From Pirellulales bacterium (GTDB lineage Bacteria; Planctomycetota; Planctomycetia; Pirellulales; JAICIG01), in NCBI GenBank assembly GCA_035550375.1, contig DASZPH010000061.1:50514-114513 (forward strand): DNA of 64,000 nucleotides, read 5' to 3'. Each line of letters opens with the position of its first letter. The stretch's first letter is position 1. The translations under genes were made by a program, and so were the position numbers. Positions 63,112 to 64,000 of the stretch are shown piece after piece. Under the pieces are notes generated by a model. That model was not told the DNA's origin. It worked only from the letters and a program-made list of their open reading frames with translations, and ran no database searches.

Positions 63112-64000
63112 CTATTTGCGGGTGTCAGCCGTTTGTTGCAGCAGCGCCTTGACCTCCCGGTCGATCTCGGCCGCGTTGATGCCGCGATTGACGACCTTGC
63201 CGTCCTGATCCACCAACAGCATCGTGGGCAGCGTGAGCACGCCCAGCTCGTTGGCTAGTCGGCTGTCGAGTCCGCCGGGCTCAAAGATGTGCGTCCACGG
63301 CAGAGTGTGCTTTTTCAGGTAAGCGGCAACATCTTCCTTTTTGTTGTCGAGGCTGATGCTGACAACGGTGAAACCGTCCTTGCCGTACTTAGCGACCGCG
63401 TCCTTGATCGTCTCCAGATCGGCCTTGCAGGGCTCGCACCAGGTCGCCCAATACTGAATCAGCACCACTTTCTTGCGAAACTGGGAAAGATCGACGGTCT
63501 TGCCCGTGAGCCCCGCACCGTGGAACTTCAGAATCTTGCCGACCGAGTCGAGCCGGGTGATGGCGCCAGCGGCCTTGGCAGCCGAGGCCGACTTGGGAAA
63601 CTGGTCAACGATCTGGCCGTACCACTTTTTGGCTTCTTCTTCCTCACCCGAGAACTCTTCGTTGGTGCCGAGTTGCAGCATCGCCTCGGCGGTGTCGGCA
63701 CTCTGGGGATAATCGGCCACGTACTTTTTCAGGTTCTTCAGCCATTTTTTCTGGACCTGGGGAAAATCGATCTTCTCGTCGCTTTGCAGTTCGCGGTTGT
63801 AAAGGGCCGTGATATAGCGAAACTGCACGTAGGCGGCCAGATCCTCGCTCCCCGGCTCCTGTGCCAGCTTCGCATGCAGTGCTTTCAAACGATCGGTGCC
63901 GTCGGGCATGACGCCGGTTTGCACAGACGCACTGATCGTCTCGGCTAGGCTCCGCAACCATTGAGCTCGATCTTCGGCGGTGGGCGCGGATTCGGCGATT
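63112..64000 (-). CDS. TlpA/ResA-like thiol:disulfide oxidoreductase with a helical N-terminal region (5' end outside the window)
   Basis: Thioredoxin fold VVLIQYWATWCEPCKADLETIKDAVAKYGKDGFTVVSISLD (WCxxC). The frame stays open upstream of the track's TTG 63957 to the window edge. Confidence 0.85.
   Translation of the reverse strand, partial: IAESAPTAEDRAQWLRSLAETISASVQTGVMPDGTDRLKALHAKLAQEPGSEDLAAYVQFRYITALYNRELQSDEKIDFPQVQKKWLKNLKKYVADYPQSADTAEAMLQLGTNEEFSGEEEEAKKWYGQIVDQFPKSASAAKAAGAITRLDSVGKILKFHGAGLTGKTVDLSQFRKKVVLIQYWATWCEPCKADLETIKDAVAKYGKDGFTVVSISLDNKKEDVAAYLKKHTLPWTHIFEPGGLDSRLANELGVLTLPTMLLVDQDGKVVNRGINAAEIDREVKALLQQTADTRK

Overview
This is a visibly GC-rich bacterial chromosomal segment. 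I call about 54 protein-coding genes. I found no rRNA, tRNA, CRISPR array, transposase or integrase by eye. Several features suggest a Planctomycetota (Pirellula-like) genome, but this is inference, not a search result: two Ser/Thr kinases, three ECF or alternative sigma factors, an Flp pilin, many signal-peptide proteins of unknown function, and small palindromic intergenic repeats whose spurious translations read PKRKRG / SLTLRVS. Recognisable genes: a polytopic Ser/Thr kinase, maltose O-acetyltransferase, MscL, DUF1990, endonuclease IV, GNAT, metallophosphoesterase, an ExeA-like ATPase plus an alpha/beta hydrolase, a DAG-kinase-like lipid kinase, and a TetR plus DevC/DevA/DevB-type ABC exporter. 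A minus-strand carbohydrate block carries a GH13 enzyme, a large GH63-like enzyme, phosphoketolase and glycogen phosphorylase. Further along are a BASS transporter, an RND adaptor and pump, a sigma-70-type factor, an ECF sigma translationally coupled to a Cache-sensor Ser/Thr kinase, an Flp pilin, an FHA-GGDEF cyclase, an ECF sigma with a small membrane partner, an orphan receiver with a large coiled-coil protein, CysE, inositol-3-phosphate synthase, TolC, a BON-domain protein and a TlpA-like thioredoxin (partial at the window end). The most unusual observations are these. (1) Two roughly 1.55 kb paralogous genes for glycine-rich secreted proteins of unrecognised family sit in direct orientation around the phosphoketolase segment. 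(2) A candidate phosphothreonine/c-di-GMP/pilin neighbourhood runs ECF sigma, Ser/Thr kinase, Flp, FHA-GGDEF. (3) At least three families of short intergenic repeats are present, one forming inverted terminal copies around a 294-bp AT-richer insert between the RND adaptor and pump genes. (4) One secreted-protein gene is split by a single frame change at an A6 run. All family assignments come from motif recognition by eye; no database search was run.
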